DNA of 64,000 nucleotides from Ignisphaera sp. (GTDB taxonomy: Archaea > Thermoproteota > Thermoprotei_A > Sulfolobales > Ignisphaeraceae). The notes below the pieces were generated by a model that was not told the DNA's origin, searched no databases, and worked only from the letters and a program-made list of their open reading frames with translations. The stretch is from positions 70,368 through 134,367 of the forward strand of contig JAWBDT010000002.1 of assembly GCA_038821645.1 (NCBI GenBank). The letters run 5' to 3'. This document shows, piece by piece, positions 21,131 through 33,041 of this stretch. Position numbers and translations under genes: made by a program. The first letter of the stretch is position 1; every line of letters begins with the position of its first letter.

Positions 21131-21186
21131 GTGATGAGTCCCTCGGCTAATATGATAACAATGATTTGATGAAGACTACCCGCTGA
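21131..21186 (+). ncRNA. C/D box sRNA
   Basis: GTGATGA (C) gtccctcggctaat ATGA (D') ... TTGATGA (C') agactacccg CTGA (D); preceded by TATA-like tttataaa near 21096. Confidence 0.7.
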
Positions 21187-21265
21187 TAATTCATTTCGTC
21201 AACAAGATTCTTAAGTTCAATACTGCTTTTTACTGTACTAGACATTGTGGTAAGTCTCAGAAGGT

Positions 21266-22006
21266 GTGAAGTTGATGTCATTTATGCCTGCTGCAATGGG
21301 ATATGATAGAGCTTTAACAATATTTTCACCAGATGGCAAACTATATCAAGTCGAATATGCTGCTGAAGCTGTTAGGAGAGGCTGGACTTCACTTGGTATA
21401 AAGTCAGAGCATGGAGTTGTGCTTATTGCTGAAAAAAGAAAGGTAGCGCCTCTACATGATGTCCTAAATCTTGAAAAAGTATTTATAGTTGATACTCATG
21501 TAGGTGCTACATTCTCTGGATTAGGTCATGATGGTAGGGTATTGATAGATTATGCAAGATTGATTGCAGTAAGGCACAGACTCACATTTGACGAAGCCAT
21601 AGATATCGAACTACTTGCAAGAACAATATGCGATATAAAACAACTTTACACACAGCAAGGAGGTGTAAGACCGTTTGGAGTATCAATTATATTTGGAGGT
21701 ATTGATAGAGGTAATATAGAGTTAATAAAGACAGAACCTAGTGGTCTGTACTTTAAATATTATGCTACAGTTGCAGGAGCAGGAGAACAAACAGCTCTTA
21801 GCTATATTGAAAAATACTATCATACAAAATTAACTATAGACGAAGCAATTATCCTAGGTCTAAGAGCACTAAGAGCTGCTCTTCAAGAGCCATTAACGGT
21901 AGATAAAGTAGAGATAGGCTATGCAGATATAGATACTAAAATGTTTAGAAAACTTGCTTCAGAAGAGGTAGGGATGCTGCTTGAAAAAGCAGGTGTCAAT
22001 GTTTGA
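21266..22006 (+). CDS. psmA: Proteasome alpha subunit
   Basis: [33 protein letters not shown]. Confidence 0.96.
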   Translation: MKLMSFMPAAMGYDRALTIFSPDGKLYQVEYAAEAVRRGWTSLGIKSEHGVVLIAEKRKVAPLHDVLNLEKVFIVDTHVGATFSGLGHDGRVLIDYARLIAVRHRLTFDEAIDIELLARTICDIKQLYTQQGGVRPFGVSIIFGGIDRGNIELIKTEPSGLYFKYYATVAGAGEQTALSYIEKYYHTKLTIDEAIILGLRALRAALQEPLTVDKVEIGYADIDTKMFRKLASEEVGMLLEKAGVNV

Positions 22007-22701
22007 GCAAAAAGGAGTATGTTATTGCTAGATTGAATGTGAAAGGAAAGAAATTTGAGATATTAGTTGATTCAGAGAAGGCTTATCTATTTAGAGAAGG
22101 AAGAAATATACCGATAACAGACATAGTCATTAGTGATTACATATATAAAGATGTTAAAAAAGGTCTTAAAGCATCTCCTGAAGAGCTCGAAGAAACTTTT
22201 GATACAACTGATATATATAAAATCTCAGAGAGAATTTTGAAAGAGGGAGAACTACAACTTACTTCAGAACAAAGAAAACAAATGATCGAGATGAAGAAGA
22301 AACAAATAATATACTATATATCGAAATCTGCAATAGACCCAAAAACTAAGGCACCAATACCGCCTTCTAGAATTGAAAAAGCTTTAGAGGAAGCTAAAGT
22401 TGCCATAGATTTATACAAATCTATTGAAGAACAGATTCCAAACATAGTTAAAGCTATATCAAAGGTATTACCCATAAGGATAGCCAAAGCCTTAATAGGT
22501 ATAACTATACCATCTGAATATGCTAATAAGGTAATGGGCCAGATTATGAAACTTGGAGAAGTAAAGAAATCTGTATGGCTACAAGATGGATCGCTATCTA
22601 TTGAAATGGAAATACCGGCTGGTATGCAGAACGAAGTAATAGATCAAATAAATCGACTGACAAAAGGATCTGCAAATGTTAAGGTGATAACTATTGTCTA
22701 A
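22003..22701 (+). CDS. Ribosome maturation factor SBDS/Sdo1
   Basis: [31 protein letters not shown]. Confidence 0.93.
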   Translation: MSKKEYVIARLNVKGKKFEILVDSEKAYLFREGRNIPITDIVISDYIYKDVKKGLKASPEELEETFDTTDIYKISERILKEGELQLTSEQRKQMIEMKKKQIIYYISKSAIDPKTKAPIPPSRIEKALEEAKVAIDLYKSIEEQIPNIVKAISKVLPIRIAKALIGITIPSEYANKVMGQIMKLGEVKKSVWLQDGSLSIEMEIPAGMQNEVIDQINRLTKGSANVKVITIV

Positions 22702-23446
22702 AAACTCGGTATCTCAAACTTTATCAAAGCGTTCCATAGTTGTACCTGGTGACACAATCAGTCTTGAAGGAGAGATAGAACATAGCTACTACCTATATAA
22801 AGAAGATAATAAATTAGTTACTACAGTGATTTCATTGCTTGATATAGAGGAATCTGAAAATAAGAAGAAGATTAGATTAATTCCATTGAAAGGCAGATAT
22901 CTACCAAAAGAAGGAGATATTGTCATAGGTATCGTTAGGGATGTAACACTATCTTCATGGATAATTGATATTAATGCACCATATTATGCCATTCTTAATG
23001 CAACAGATTACTTAGGTAGGTCTTTTAGTCCTGTGACAGATAACATTCGTAAGTATCTAGATGTAGGGGATGTAATTCTCGCTAAAATAGCGCAATTTGA
23101 TAGATCTCGAAACCCAATACTAACAACTCAGGATAAAGATTTAGGTAAAATTATAGAAGGTTCTTTAGTTGAAATAGAACCATCTAAAGTTGCGAGAGTC
23201 ATAGGTAAGAAAAAGTCGATGTTAATGATGCTCGAAGAGCAAACTAAATGTAGCATAATTGTTGGAAATAATGGAAGAATTTTGCTTAAATGTCCTGATC
23301 CAGAATATGAGTATATAGCTATACTGGCAATAAAAAAGATTGAACAAGAGGCGCATATACCTGGATTAACTGAGAGGATAAGATCATTTATTATAGAGGA
23401 AAAAGTGAAAAGAGGTCTAATTAAGTATGAAGTTGAACAAACCTAA
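22694..23446 (+). CDS. rrp4: Exosome RNA-binding subunit Rrp4
   Basis: [16 protein letters not shown] (S1), KH motif RVIGKK, GNNGRI. Confidence 0.93.
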   Translation: MSKNSVSQTLSKRSIVVPGDTISLEGEIEHSYYLYKEDNKLVTTVISLLDIEESENKKKIRLIPLKGRYLPKEGDIVIGIVRDVTLSSWIIDINAPYYAILNATDYLGRSFSPVTDNIRKYLDVGDVILAKIAQFDRSRNPILTTQDKDLGKIIEGSLVEIEPSKVARVIGKKKSMLMMLEEQTKCSIIVGNNGRILLKCPDPEYEYIAILAIKKIEQEAHIPGLTERIRSFIIEEKVKRGLIKYEVEQT

Positions 23447-24152
23447 ATTAATAGATGGAAATGGAACTAGGATTGATGGTAGAAAACCGGATGAAATACG
23501 CCCATTGAAAATTGAGGTAGGGGTACTAAAAAATGCTGACGGTTCTGCCTACATTGAGTTAGGAAATACGAAAATATTAGCAGCAGTTTATGGACCTCGA
23601 GAAGTAGTTCCGAGACATGAAGAACTTGTAGATAGAGCGATAATAAGATGTAGGTATAGGATGCTTTCGTTCTCAACATCTGAAAGAAAGAGTCCTGCAC
23701 CAAGTAGAAGAGAAATCGAGTTATCGAAAGTAATTAGAGAAGCTTTAGAACCTGCAATATTATCGAGTTACTATCCACGAACAGCCATAGATATCTTCAT
23801 TGAGGTCATAAATGCCGATGGAGGTACAAGAACTGCTGGAATAACTGCTGCGTCATTAGCAATAGCTGATGCTGGAATACCTATAGTTGATTTAGTTACA
23901 GCAATAGCTGTAGGAAAGATTGATGGTGTAATAGTGTTGGACTTAAATGAGCTCGAAGATATGTATGGCGAGGCTGACATGCCTATAGCTGTTATGCCTT
24001 CATTAAATAAGATAACAATGATACAATTGAATGGAGTTCTATCAGTTACAGAATTCAGAGAAGCGTTATCACTTGCTCTAAAAGGTATTAATAAAATCTA
24101 TGAACTTCAAAAAGAAGCCCTCAGGAAAAAATATGTCGAATTAGGTGAATGA
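23427..24152 (+). CDS. rrp41: Exosome exonuclease Rrp41
   Basis: [23 protein letters not shown], RNase PH fold. Confidence 0.95.
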   Translation: MKLNKPKLIDGNGTRIDGRKPDEIRPLKIEVGVLKNADGSAYIELGNTKILAAVYGPREVVPRHEELVDRAIIRCRYRMLSFSTSERKSPAPSRREIELSKVIREALEPAILSSYYPRTAIDIFIEVINADGGTRTAGITAASLAIADAGIPIVDLVTAIAVGKIDGVIVLDLNELEDMYGEADMPIAVMPSLNKITMIQLNGVLSVTEFREALSLALKGINKIYELQKEALRKKYVELGE

Positions 24153-24155
24153 TTC

Positions 24156-24995
24156 ATGTCTAAGACACCAGAGCAACCTGTTATTCCAAAAATAAAATAT
24201 AGCGCGATATTGAGTGTTATATCGCGAGGCTTTCACATAGACAAGAGACCTTTAACAAGCTATAGACCTATTGAGATTACATATGGTATTTCACCTAAGG
24301 CTGAAGGTTCAGCATTAGTAAAGCTAGGGAATACACAAGTACTTGCTGGTGTAAAACTTGAGGTAGGCCAACCTTATCCAGATACACCTAACGAGGGAGC
24401 TATAATAGTAAATGCTGAATATATTCCAGCAGCTTCACCTTCATTTGAACCAGGTCCTCCAGATGAGAATGCTATAGAGCTGGCAAGAATTATCGATAGA
24501 TCATTAAGGGAGTCTAGGGCAGTAGCGCTCGATAAACTATGCATGATTCCTGGAAAAAAGGTTTGGATTATATGGCTCGACATATACATACTTGATTATG
24601 ACGGTAATTTAGTTGATGCATCTATGCTAGCTTCTATGGCAGCTTTATTGAATACCTATATACCTTATTACGAAGTTGATGAAGCACAAGGTCTAGTTAA
24701 GATAGATAAATCTAAGAAACATGTTAGTATGCCTATAAATAAACATGTAGTAACTGTAACCATAAGTAAGATAGGTGAATCTCTGGTTGTAGATCCTACT
24801 GCTGAAGAAGAATCCTTAGCAGCTTATAGACTCGCTATAGCTATTGATGAAGATAAAAATATCGTAGGACTACAGAAAATGGGTCTAGGGGCTCTTTCGG
24901 AGAAAGAGTTAAATGATGCCATCTCTATAGCTTTGATAAAATCTGACGAACTTTTCAGTATTTTAAAGAAATCTAGAGAGAAGTTAACCTTATAA
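24156..24995 (+). CDS. rrp42: Exosome subunit Rrp42
   Basis: AEGSALVKLG, PYPDTP, FEPGPPDE. Confidence 0.95.
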   Translation: MSKTPEQPVIPKIKYSAILSVISRGFHIDKRPLTSYRPIEITYGISPKAEGSALVKLGNTQVLAGVKLEVGQPYPDTPNEGAIIVNAEYIPAASPSFEPGPPDENAIELARIIDRSLRESRAVALDKLCMIPGKKVWIIWLDIYILDYDGNLVDASMLASMAALLNTYIPYYEVDEAQGLVKIDKSKKHVSMPINKHVVTVTISKIGESLVVDPTAEEESLAAYRLAIAIDEDKNIVGLQKMGLGALSEKELNDAISIALIKSDELFSILKKSREKLTL

Positions 24996-25069
24996 GGTGG
25001 TACATTATTTATTGAGTATTGAGTGCTAAACAATGTAATTAACTTAATCTCACATTAAGTGATGCAACT

Positions 25070-25300
25070 ATGGGTAGAACAAAAAGCGTCGGTATAGCAG
25101 GAAGATTTGGAGCTAGATATGGTTCAAGTTTGAGAAAGAAGTGGAAGGAAATAATGGAGCGCAGATATGATGTCTATCAATGTCCATACTGTTCAAGCAA
25201 TGTTATAATGGAGCGTCTAGCATTTGGTATATGGCGATGTCCGAAATGTAAAACTACATGGGCGGGAGCAGCATATACTCCCTGGTCTCTAAAAAGTTAA
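25070..25300 (+). CDS. rpl37ae: 50S ribosomal protein L37ae (eL43)
   Basis: AGRFGARYG, CPYC..CPKC, AGAAY. Confidence 0.95.
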   Translation: MGRTKSVGIAGRFGARYGSSLRKKWKEIMERRYDVYQCPYCSSNVIMERLAFGIWRCPKCKTTWAGAAYTPWSLKS

Positions 25301-25335
25301 TACATGCTTAGAGACTCAATTAACTAGGATGTAAC

Positions 25336-25938
25336 TTGGTGGCAAAGGTAATAATCACTTCATCGAGACGTCCTACACCTACTGTGCGACGTCTTATAAA
25401 GAGTCTTCTAATAGTCCTACCAAATTCTGTCAAAATATCAAGAGGAAAGTTATCATTTAACATGCTAGCTCTTCAAGCACTAGATTTAGGTTCAGATAAA
25501 CTTCTGGTAGTACGAAATAAAAAAGGAAATCCTGGATATATAGACGTATATGTTGTAAACGAAATCAAGCCAGAATTAAAATTAACTAAATTCTGCACAT
25601 TGTATATTTGTGGCTATCGGATACCAAGACCTATACATAAGGATCGTATACAACAGTTTAAACCAAAGAGTGTTATTGTTCCTATTGATGCTTTAAGCAA
25701 CATTGATAATGAATCTATAATTGAATGTATCTTAATAGGATTCGATATAAAGGTATGTAACGATGCAAGAAACACTATATCCACTTGTAGTAATGATGCG
25801 ATAATCATAGACATAAAGAAAGTATCGAAAAATTCCAGGGAGGCTTTTTATGAAATCATGTTTAAAGATACAAAGGAGAGGGTTTTTGGTCCAGTGATCA
25901 GAATATGCAATGCAAAGGTATTCACAAAGTCTCAATAA
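25336..25938 (+). CDS. Brix-domain ribosome biogenesis protein
   Basis: ITSSRRPT..RR, RGK, KGNPG; position in the exosome superoperon. Confidence 0.8.
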   Translation: MVAKVIITSSRRPTPTVRRLIKSLLIVLPNSVKISRGKLSFNMLALQALDLGSDKLLVVRNKKGNPGYIDVYVVNEIKPELKLTKFCTLYICGYRIPRPIHKDRIQQFKPKSVIVPIDALSNIDNESIIECILIGFDIKVCNDARNTISTCSNDAIIIDIKKVSKNSREAFYEIMFKDTKERVFGPVIRICNAKVFTKSQ

Positions 25939-26204
25939 CTATGTGTTTTAATGACGATGATCCATCACTATTTCATACAATTGTTGAAAGTCTATATATA
26001 GAACTAGTTAACCCTATAGGTGGTTCAAAAACATATGTTGGAGTAGACGTTAATGAAGAAGATCGATGTTTAATGATAATAATATGTTCTGAGTCATTAA
26101 GTCAACTTAGAGCGGTAGTTAATTCAGTAATGTATTTGATGCATGCCCTACTTTATACAATCAAGATAATAAGTAATCATATAGAGAAATTATCGGTAAA
26201 ATAA
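25905..26204 (+). CDS. pcc1: KEOPS complex subunit Pcc1
   Basis: ESL..E...P and SLSQLRAVVNSVMYL signature; conserved context. Confidence 0.75.
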   Translation: MQCKGIHKVSITMCFNDDDPSLFHTIVESLYIELVNPIGGSKTYVGVDVNEEDRCLMIIICSESLSQLRAVVNSVMYLMHALLYTIKIISNHIEKLSVK

Positions 26205-27076
26205 TGTTCTATAACGTAACTATTTTTAATTAATTCTCAGAATTCGCTACATCTAGTACCATCAAGCTATTAACAAATATGTAGACAATAATTTTTTATT
26301 TAGTCAATCCATAACTTAATTAATTAAAGATTGGTGTATAACTTCTACTGAAGTAATGTATTATTGTAGAATCTTATCTACTTTTCTATATTCTATATTG
26401 AATATTCATACTAATATGAACACTCTGAGTAAAGAGTATGAACTCTACTGAAGTTTATTACTTGTTTTAGAGTTTATGGATTGTAGTATCATTTTAATAG
26501 TAAGCATTAATATCACTAATCTTTCGTGAAATCGTCAAAACACTTAGAGATTTACCAAGTCTCTTTCCATGAAAATGTTTATTGAATTGTTAAAAACAAA
26601 GTATCTCTTTCATGTTTCTCTAAAAACAGTGTTAGAGTATTTTATATCATAATTGTGATCTATAAACTAGTTTTATCGAAAGTTATCAATTAATTTTAGG
26701 TATATTTACATCTATGCTTATATGGTTAAATGATATAGATAAGTCTGAGGAGAATAAATCCCTTATCGTCACTTTAAGCACTAACTCAAATAGCCTTTTG
26801 ATTTTATTCATACATCTCAAAATACATCTCAAATTAGTATCTTACAATAATGTTTATACATTAATTAGTTATTAAACATAGTGCCTACTACAACAACTAT
26901 ATTTTCCTGTAACCGGTATGGTTTAAGGAAAAATGTCTCTTCTATATTTAATTAGCATAGAATAATAAGTGCTCGAACTTATTGGATCTCACTTTGTAAG
27001 ATTTCAGGACGTATGGTTTATTTTCATAGATACTTATAATAAGTGCTAAACTGTAATAGTATTTGGGTATTATGGC

Positions 27077-27439
27077 ATGGCTGAAAGATTACCTCCAGAG
27101 GTACAACAACAAGCAATAAAATATCAACAAATACAGTCTCAGTTAAATCAATTAATAGCTGAAAAAAGCGTATTAGAACAAGAATTGAGAGAAGTAGATC
27201 GAGCTCTTGAAGTACTAAAGAATGTGCCAGATAATACCGATATCTATAAGTTAGCTGGGCATCTCTTAATAAAGGTGACTAAGGAAAATGCTGAAAAGGA
27301 GCTTAATGAAAGAAAAGAATTATTGGAACTGAGAATAAAGACATTAAATAGACAAGAATCTCTGCTACGTCAACAATTATCAGAAATTCAAACTAAGTTA
27401 AGCCAGTATATGTCTTCATCATATAAAAAGACTTCGTAA
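27077..27439 (+). CDS. pfdB: Prefoldin beta subunit
   Basis: LPPEVQ, IYKLAGHLLIK, coiled coils. Confidence 0.93.
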   Translation: MAERLPPEVQQQAIKYQQIQSQLNQLIAEKSVLEQELREVDRALEVLKNVPDNTDIYKLAGHLLIKVTKENAEKELNERKELLELRIKTLNRQESLLRQQLSEIQTKLSQYMSSSYKKTS

Positions 27440-27474
27440 TATAGACAGTTTTATTCAAAAGCTAGGTTTTATTT

Positions 27475-27810
27475 ATGAAACAATTGTATAGATATGTGGA
27501 GGAACTGAATGTAGATATTGAACGTATTACTCAAGACAATTTAGTAGAGTTAGCAGAACTCATTGAGCATTGTATAAGAGATGAGCTAGCGAAGATATTG
27601 AATCAAAGATTAACCAATTTAGTAGCAACTATTGGTATCGAAATAGCTGATAAAGTTATTAACATTTCAGTAGACCTAGAAGTTGAAGCTTACGTATTAC
27701 CCCGTATGAATTTAGAGAATATACTAGATAGGGTAATTAATTATGCCTTTACAAAAGCTAGGATATATCTATCAAGATTTAGAAAGCATAAAGAGAATGA
27801 TAACAAATAG
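27475..27810 (+). CDS. Hypothetical protein, DUF3194-like
   Basis: Small acidic alpha/beta protein in the conserved pfdB-DHH context. Confidence 0.6.
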   Translation: MKQLYRYVEELNVDIERITQDNLVELAELIEHCIRDELAKILNQRLTNLVATIGIEIADKVINISVDLEVEAYVLPRMNLENILDRVINYAFTKARIYLSRFRKHKENDNK

Positions 27811-28852
27811 CATCAATGTGGCTATAGTTCCTCACGCAAATGCTGATCCTGATGCACTAGCAGCAGCATGTGTATTAGCATACGTGATTAGGTACATAAA
27901 TAACAGCACAGTAGTAAGGATACTTATTCCCGAAGGCATAGGTATGGAGAGCAAGAAAATGGCTGAAATATGTGGTAACTACGATGTACCTATACTGTTA
28001 ATTAAAAAAAGAGTAGATGTTTCTGATGAAGTGTTACATAAAAACAGCTTATGTTTTTTAGTTGATGTTGCGTCCATTGAACAAATAAAAATCTTAGCTG
28101 AGTATTTTAATAAATGTAATTATATTATTATAATAGATCACCATGATTTTCATGATTATAGATTCAATTTAGCAGAAGATCAGCATATGTTAACCTTTAT
28201 AGATCCTAAAGCTTCATCTGCATCAGAGATTGTTTTTCGTATACTCAGTTTCTTTAATCTATCATTACCTAAAGATCTACTGGAAATGATTTTAGCAGGA
28301 ATAATTTGGGACACCAAGAGATTTCTTAGAGCTTCTGCTGAAACATTTGAATGTGTAGCTAAGCTTCTAGAGTCTGGTGCTGATTATCAAAAAGCACAAC
28401 AATTGATTATACTATCAAAACCTTACTATACCAAAATGGCTAAAATAAAATGTGTTTTAAGACATCGAGGATACAAAATTTCACTAGGATCTACAGATCT
28501 ATATATAGCGATATCAGAAGTCGGAGCCTACGAATCGGACTGTGCTACAGCATTGATAAATATAGGATATGACATAGCTATTGTTGCTTCAGAAGAAGAA
28601 GAAATTAAAGCTACTAGAATTGTGTATAGGGTTCGTGATGATAATACTATACTACAGATCATAGATGTATATAACGATATACTTAAGAAAGTAATACAAA
28701 AACTTGGCGGTGGTGGAGGAGGTCATAAAGCTGCTGGTGCAGCTATCATAAGTGTGCCAAAGGCTTCAATAATCTTTAAGGAAGTGATAGAGATTCTCAA
28801 TGAGTTAGCTAGAAATAAATTTGTAGAATTAGTAGAAAGTAAGGTTCTTTGA
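27797..28852 (+). CDS. DHH-family phosphoesterase
   Basis: HANADPDA, IIDHH, GIIWDT, GGGGGHKAAGA; likely start ATG 27797. Confidence 0.9.
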   Translation: MITNSINVAIVPHANADPDALAAACVLAYVIRYINNSTVVRILIPEGIGMESKKMAEICGNYDVPILLIKKRVDVSDEVLHKNSLCFLVDVASIEQIKILAEYFNKCNYIIIIDHHDFHDYRFNLAEDQHMLTFIDPKASSASEIVFRILSFFNLSLPKDLLEMILAGIIWDTKRFLRASAETFECVAKLLESGADYQKAQQLIILSKPYYTKMAKIKCVLRHRGYKISLGSTDLYIAISEVGAYESDCATALINIGYDIAIVASEEEEIKATRIVYRVRDDNTILQIIDVYNDILKKVIQKLGGGGGGHKAAGAAIISVPKASIIFKEVIEILNELARNKFVELVESKVL

Positions 28853-28880
28853 TGAAATATTAGATTGAGGTATAATAACT

Positions 28881-29612
28881 ATGGTAACAATCTATGTAGA
28901 TGAAAGAGAGAAAAATTCTAAGGTTCCAAGTCTTCTAATTTCAAAAGGATTAACAATAATATTCAAAATGCTTGAAGCAGGAGATTATTCAATTTCTAAT
29001 TATATTGGAATTGAAAGAAAGAGTGCTAATGATTATATAAATTCCCTAATTGATGGAAGATTATTCGACCAATTGAGCAGATTGAAAAAAGTTTATGAGA
29101 AGACATTATTGATAATCGAGGGAGATATACATAAAGAGATCAGGAACAGAAATATACATAGGAATGCTATTATAGGATCCTATATATCAATATTGTTCGA
29201 TATGGAGGTTCACATCATAACTACACGAAATGAGGAAGAAACAGCTGAATTAATAAAACGAGTAGCACTCTATAAACCGAAACCAGTTAGACCTTTAGCA
29301 ATGGTTCATAAACCCAAAATCAATACTGTGACTGAGTGGCAGATGTATATTCTTCAATGCTTTCCATATGTAGGTCCAAAAACAGCGCAGAAGATACTAG
29401 AGGTCTTCGGATCTATATACAATTTCTGTAATGCAACTCTTCAAGAGCTTAAACGCATAGAAGGATTGGGGGATAAGAGAGCTGGGGAATTGTACCAGAT
29501 AATACATGCTATTTATAGAGATTATGTAGAGAGAAATGTGTCAGAGCATAGAAAAAGAATAGTTGATTATATAGAAATGAATGGATCAAAGGAATCAAAA
29601 GAGAGATTATAA
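28881..29612 (+). CDS. xpf: XPF/ERCC4 3'-flap endonuclease (short crenarchaeal form)
   Basis: VDERE, GDY, ERKS..D, two HhH motifs. Confidence 0.92.
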   Translation: MVTIYVDEREKNSKVPSLLISKGLTIIFKMLEAGDYSISNYIGIERKSANDYINSLIDGRLFDQLSRLKKVYEKTLLIIEGDIHKEIRNRNIHRNAIIGSYISILFDMEVHIITTRNEEETAELIKRVALYKPKPVRPLAMVHKPKINTVTEWQMYILQCFPYVGPKTAQKILEVFGSIYNFCNATLQELKRIEGLGDKRAGELYQIIHAIYRDYVERNVSEHRKRIVDYIEMNGSKESKERL

Positions 29613-29702
29613 TTTTAGTTGAGATATTACTGATGTGTGTTACACATTCATCAAGATTAATAAACGCTAGAGGATAGTGATGTAGGTAAGGTTGGCAGTA
29701 AA

Positions 29703-31919
29703 ATGAGATACGTTAAAACAGTTGAACAAATACTCAAGATAATGAATAATATAGAACAAGTTAGAAATGTAGGTATTATAGCTCATGTTGACCACGGTAA
29801 AACAACAACAACGGATAGTCTACTTGCAGCTGCTGGAATAATTTCGTCAAGACTAGCTGGTCAAGTACTAGCTATGGACTTCCTTGACATAGAACAAAAA
29901 AGACAAATGACGGTAAAAGCCGCTAATATAAGTTTGTATCACGAATATGAAGGAAAACCTTATGTAATAAATCTTGTTGATACTCCAGGTCATGTTGATT
30001 TTACAGGCAAGGTCACAAGAAGTTTAAGAATGATTGATGGAGCTATAGTTGTTGTAGATGCTGTTGAAGGTGTTATGACACAAACTGAAACAGTATTGAG
30101 GCAAGCTTTAGAAGAAAGAGTTAGACCTTTGTTGTTCATAAACAAAATTGATAGACTTATTAAAGAATTGCGTATGAGTTCTGATGAAATTAAACAACGA
30201 TTTATCGAGATCATAAAGGATGTTAATTCATTGATTGAGACTTACGCTGATTCAGAATTTAAAAAGAAATGGATTTTAGATCCAGCACAAGGTATGGTTG
30301 CTTTTGGATGTGCTAAAGATGCTATAGGATTGACAGTACCAATGAGTAGAAAGAAAGGAGTAAAGATAGATGATCTTATAGAAGCTTATAGATCTGGAGA
30401 TAAAGAAGTTCTAGAAGAACTTAAGAAGAAGATACCGCTACACGAAGCACTACTAGACATGGTTGTAAAATTCGTTCCTAATCCTAAAGAAGCACAAAAG
30501 TATAGAATTCCAAAGATTTGGAAAGGTGAGATCAATACAGAACTAGGTAAAGCGCTCATGGAGGCAGATCCAGAAGGACCATTAATATTCTTCGTATGTG
30601 ATATTAGATGGGATCCTCATGCAGGATTTGTAGCAACTGGTAGAGTATTTTCGGGTACAGTATATAGTGGACAGGAAGCATATCTATTAAATGCAAGAAC
30701 TATACAAAAAATACTTCAAGTAAGTCTGTACATGGGGCCCTATAGAGAGGTAGTAGACAGGATTCCTGCAGGAAATGTAGCAGCTGTCTTAGGTCCAGAT
30801 CTAGCTAGAGCCGGAGAAACAATAATAGAACCCAAAATAAAAGACATTACAACACCATTTGAGAGATTAAGATATGTATCTGAACCTGTTGTCACTATGG
30901 CCATTGAACCCAAGAAAACAACTGATATAACGAAGCTTATTGATGCTTTAAGGAAGATGAGTATTGAAGATCCTAATTTAGTTGTTAAAATTAATGAAGA
31001 AACTGGCGAATACCTTGTATCAGGTATGGGACATTTACATCTTGAAATTGTTCTAACATTACTCAAGGAGAGATTTGGTTTAGAGGTAGATACATCACCT
31101 CCGACAGTAGTGTATAGAGAGACCATACGCACTAATAGTCAGATTATTGAAGGTAAATCACCGAACAAGCACAATAGATTGTACATAAGTGTTGAACCTT
31201 TAAACAATGAAACAATACAATTAATACAACAAGGTACAGTATCTGAAGACATGGATTCACATAAACGTGCAAGAATCTTGCGTGATGAAGCCAACTGGGA
31301 TTATGATGAAGCTCGTAGAATATGGGCCATAGATGAAAACATAAATGTATTCGTAGACAAAACCTCTGGTATACAATATCTTAGAGAGGTTAGAGACACT
31401 ATTATCCAAGGATTTAGATTAGCCATGAGAGAAGGACCCCTTGCAGCTGAACCTGTTAGAGGAATTAAGGTTATACTACATGATGCAGTAATACATGAAG
31501 ATCCTGCACATAGAGGTCCAGCACAAATATATCCAGCAGTAAGGAACCCGATATTTGCAGGAATATTATTGTCAAGACCAACTTTACTAGAACCTATACA
31601 AAAAATTGAAATAAAGTTTCCACTAGAGTTCATGGGACCTGTCTCTAGCGTTATAACAAGGAAAAGAGGGAAGATACTAAACGTGATACATTCTGTGGGC
31701 AATATTGTAAAGATGATTTGTGAAGTACCTGTCGCAGAATCAGCTGATTTAGCTAACGAACTCCGTAGCTCTAGTGCTGGTAAAGCATTTTGGGGTACAG
31801 AGTTTAGTGGATGGCTACCTGTTCCAGACTCTATGTTGCTAGATATAGTGAAAAAGATAAGACAAAGAAAAGGACTAAAACCTGAACCACCAAGACCAGA
31901 AGACTTCTTATCACTATAA
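29703..31919 (+). CDS. fusA: Elongation factor EF-2
   Basis: [29 protein letters not shown] diphthamide loop. Confidence 0.97.
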   Translation: MRYVKTVEQILKIMNNIEQVRNVGIIAHVDHGKTTTTDSLLAAAGIISSRLAGQVLAMDFLDIEQKRQMTVKAANISLYHEYEGKPYVINLVDTPGHVDFTGKVTRSLRMIDGAIVVVDAVEGVMTQTETVLRQALEERVRPLLFINKIDRLIKELRMSSDEIKQRFIEIIKDVNSLIETYADSEFKKKWILDPAQGMVAFGCAKDAIGLTVPMSRKKGVKIDDLIEAYRSGDKEVLEELKKKIPLHEALLDMVVKFVPNPKEAQKYRIPKIWKGEINTELGKALMEADPEGPLIFFVCDIRWDPHAGFVATGRVFSGTVYSGQEAYLLNARTIQKILQVSLYMGPYREVVDRIPAGNVAAVLGPDLARAGETIIEPKIKDITTPFERLRYVSEPVVTMAIEPKKTTDITKLIDALRKMSIEDPNLVVKINEETGEYLVSGMGHLHLEIVLTLLKERFGLEVDTSPPTVVYRETIRTNSQIIEGKSPNKHNRLYISVEPLNNETIQLIQQGTVSEDMDSHKRARILRDEANWDYDEARRIWAIDENINVFVDKTSGIQYLREVRDTIIQGFRLAMREGPLAAEPVRGIKVILHDAVIHEDPAHRGPAQIYPAVRNPIFAGILLSRPTLLEPIQKIEIKFPLEFMGPVSSVITRKRGKILNVIHSVGNIVKMICEVPVAESADLANELRSSSAGKAFWGTEFSGWLPVPDSMLLDIVKKIRQRKGLKPEPPRPEDFLSL

Positions 31920-32585
31920 CCCTTAGAGGAGTGTTATTGTTTTATCCAATACAGAATTTTCATTACATAACATAATGTTCGAAGCAATGATAATAGATCA
32001 TTCAACAGATTAGAATAATTAAAGCGATAAGCTCTAGATATGCGTCACTGTTATGAAAAGCATTGGTTAGGCTTGGACTCAGATTTGATGTTATATCTAT
32101 TTATCGAGTTCTTCTACACTAAGTTCAAGAGGATCTCTATCTAAGCACATATAATCTACACACCTTCCCACACATTTGGATACATAATATCATCTGGCTC
32201 AGACACTTGTTTAAGTTTTTAACAAGCTCCATATTCCAATATCTTGGTATTAAAACCTATTTAACTAGATCTAGCTATACCATATTCAGAAGAATGTGTA
32301 TGGAAATATTACAATTATAGAGAATTGCTAAGAAGACCTCGAAGAAAACAGTATTGGAATAGAGAGAACGAGTATATAGATAAAGTAATGAAGATGCTTA
32401 AAGAAATAAAAATAGTATAATGATACAAACAAGCTAAAAGCTTAAGTTATAACCTTTACCCAACACATTCTTCTAGTTTGTGCAAAATCACAAGTTTATG
32501 CGATACAGAATAGTAGATACCATACTCAATAAATCCTTTATATTTGGTTAAGAATTACATGTTCAGATTAATATATTCAATAAAT

Positions 32586-33041
32586 CTAGAAACCTTCATA
32601 AAGTTGTATTACTGTTCCTCCAGCATTTATTATTTTTCTTTTAGCATTTTCTGAAGCCTTGTAGACTATCACTTTTACTGGATGATTTATTTTGCCTGTA
32701 CCAACAATTTTTGTAATACCCATAACACTTAAATCAACAACTATTTGACCATTCTCATATACTGCTCTATTACTTGTAATAAGTTTTGTTACAAGTTCAT
32801 CAAGTTGTTGTAGATTCATTATATTTGTTTCCACAATATGTTCAGGACCTCTGGGTGTAAATCCTTCTTTGCCATACCAATCTCTAAAGTATTTAATAGT
32901 CCATGACCATTTATGTTTATGCATACCAACAGCACCTTTTCCACCTCTCGATCCAGACTTTCTGTGTTGTCCTATACTACCCCATCCACGGTTTCTATAG
33001 CCATGCATTTTTCTACTCTTTTTTTCCCTTCTAACAACCAT
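32586..33041 (-). CDS. rpl15: 50S ribosomal protein L15 (uL15)
   Basis: GWGSIGQHRKSGSRGGKG. Confidence 0.94.
   Translation of the reverse strand: MVVRREKKSRKMHGYRNRGWGSIGQHRKSGSRGGKGAVGMHKHKWSWTIKYFRDWYGKEGFTPRGPEHIVETNIMNLQQLDELVTKLITSNRAVYENGQIVVDLSVMGITKIVGTGKINHPVKVIVYKASENAKRKIINAGGTVIQLYEGF

Noticed and set aside
20968-21265. Replication origin beside cdc6
   Set aside because: No ORB-like TTCCAxTGGAAA/G-string boxes were seen; the short gap is explained by promoters and a C/D sRNA.
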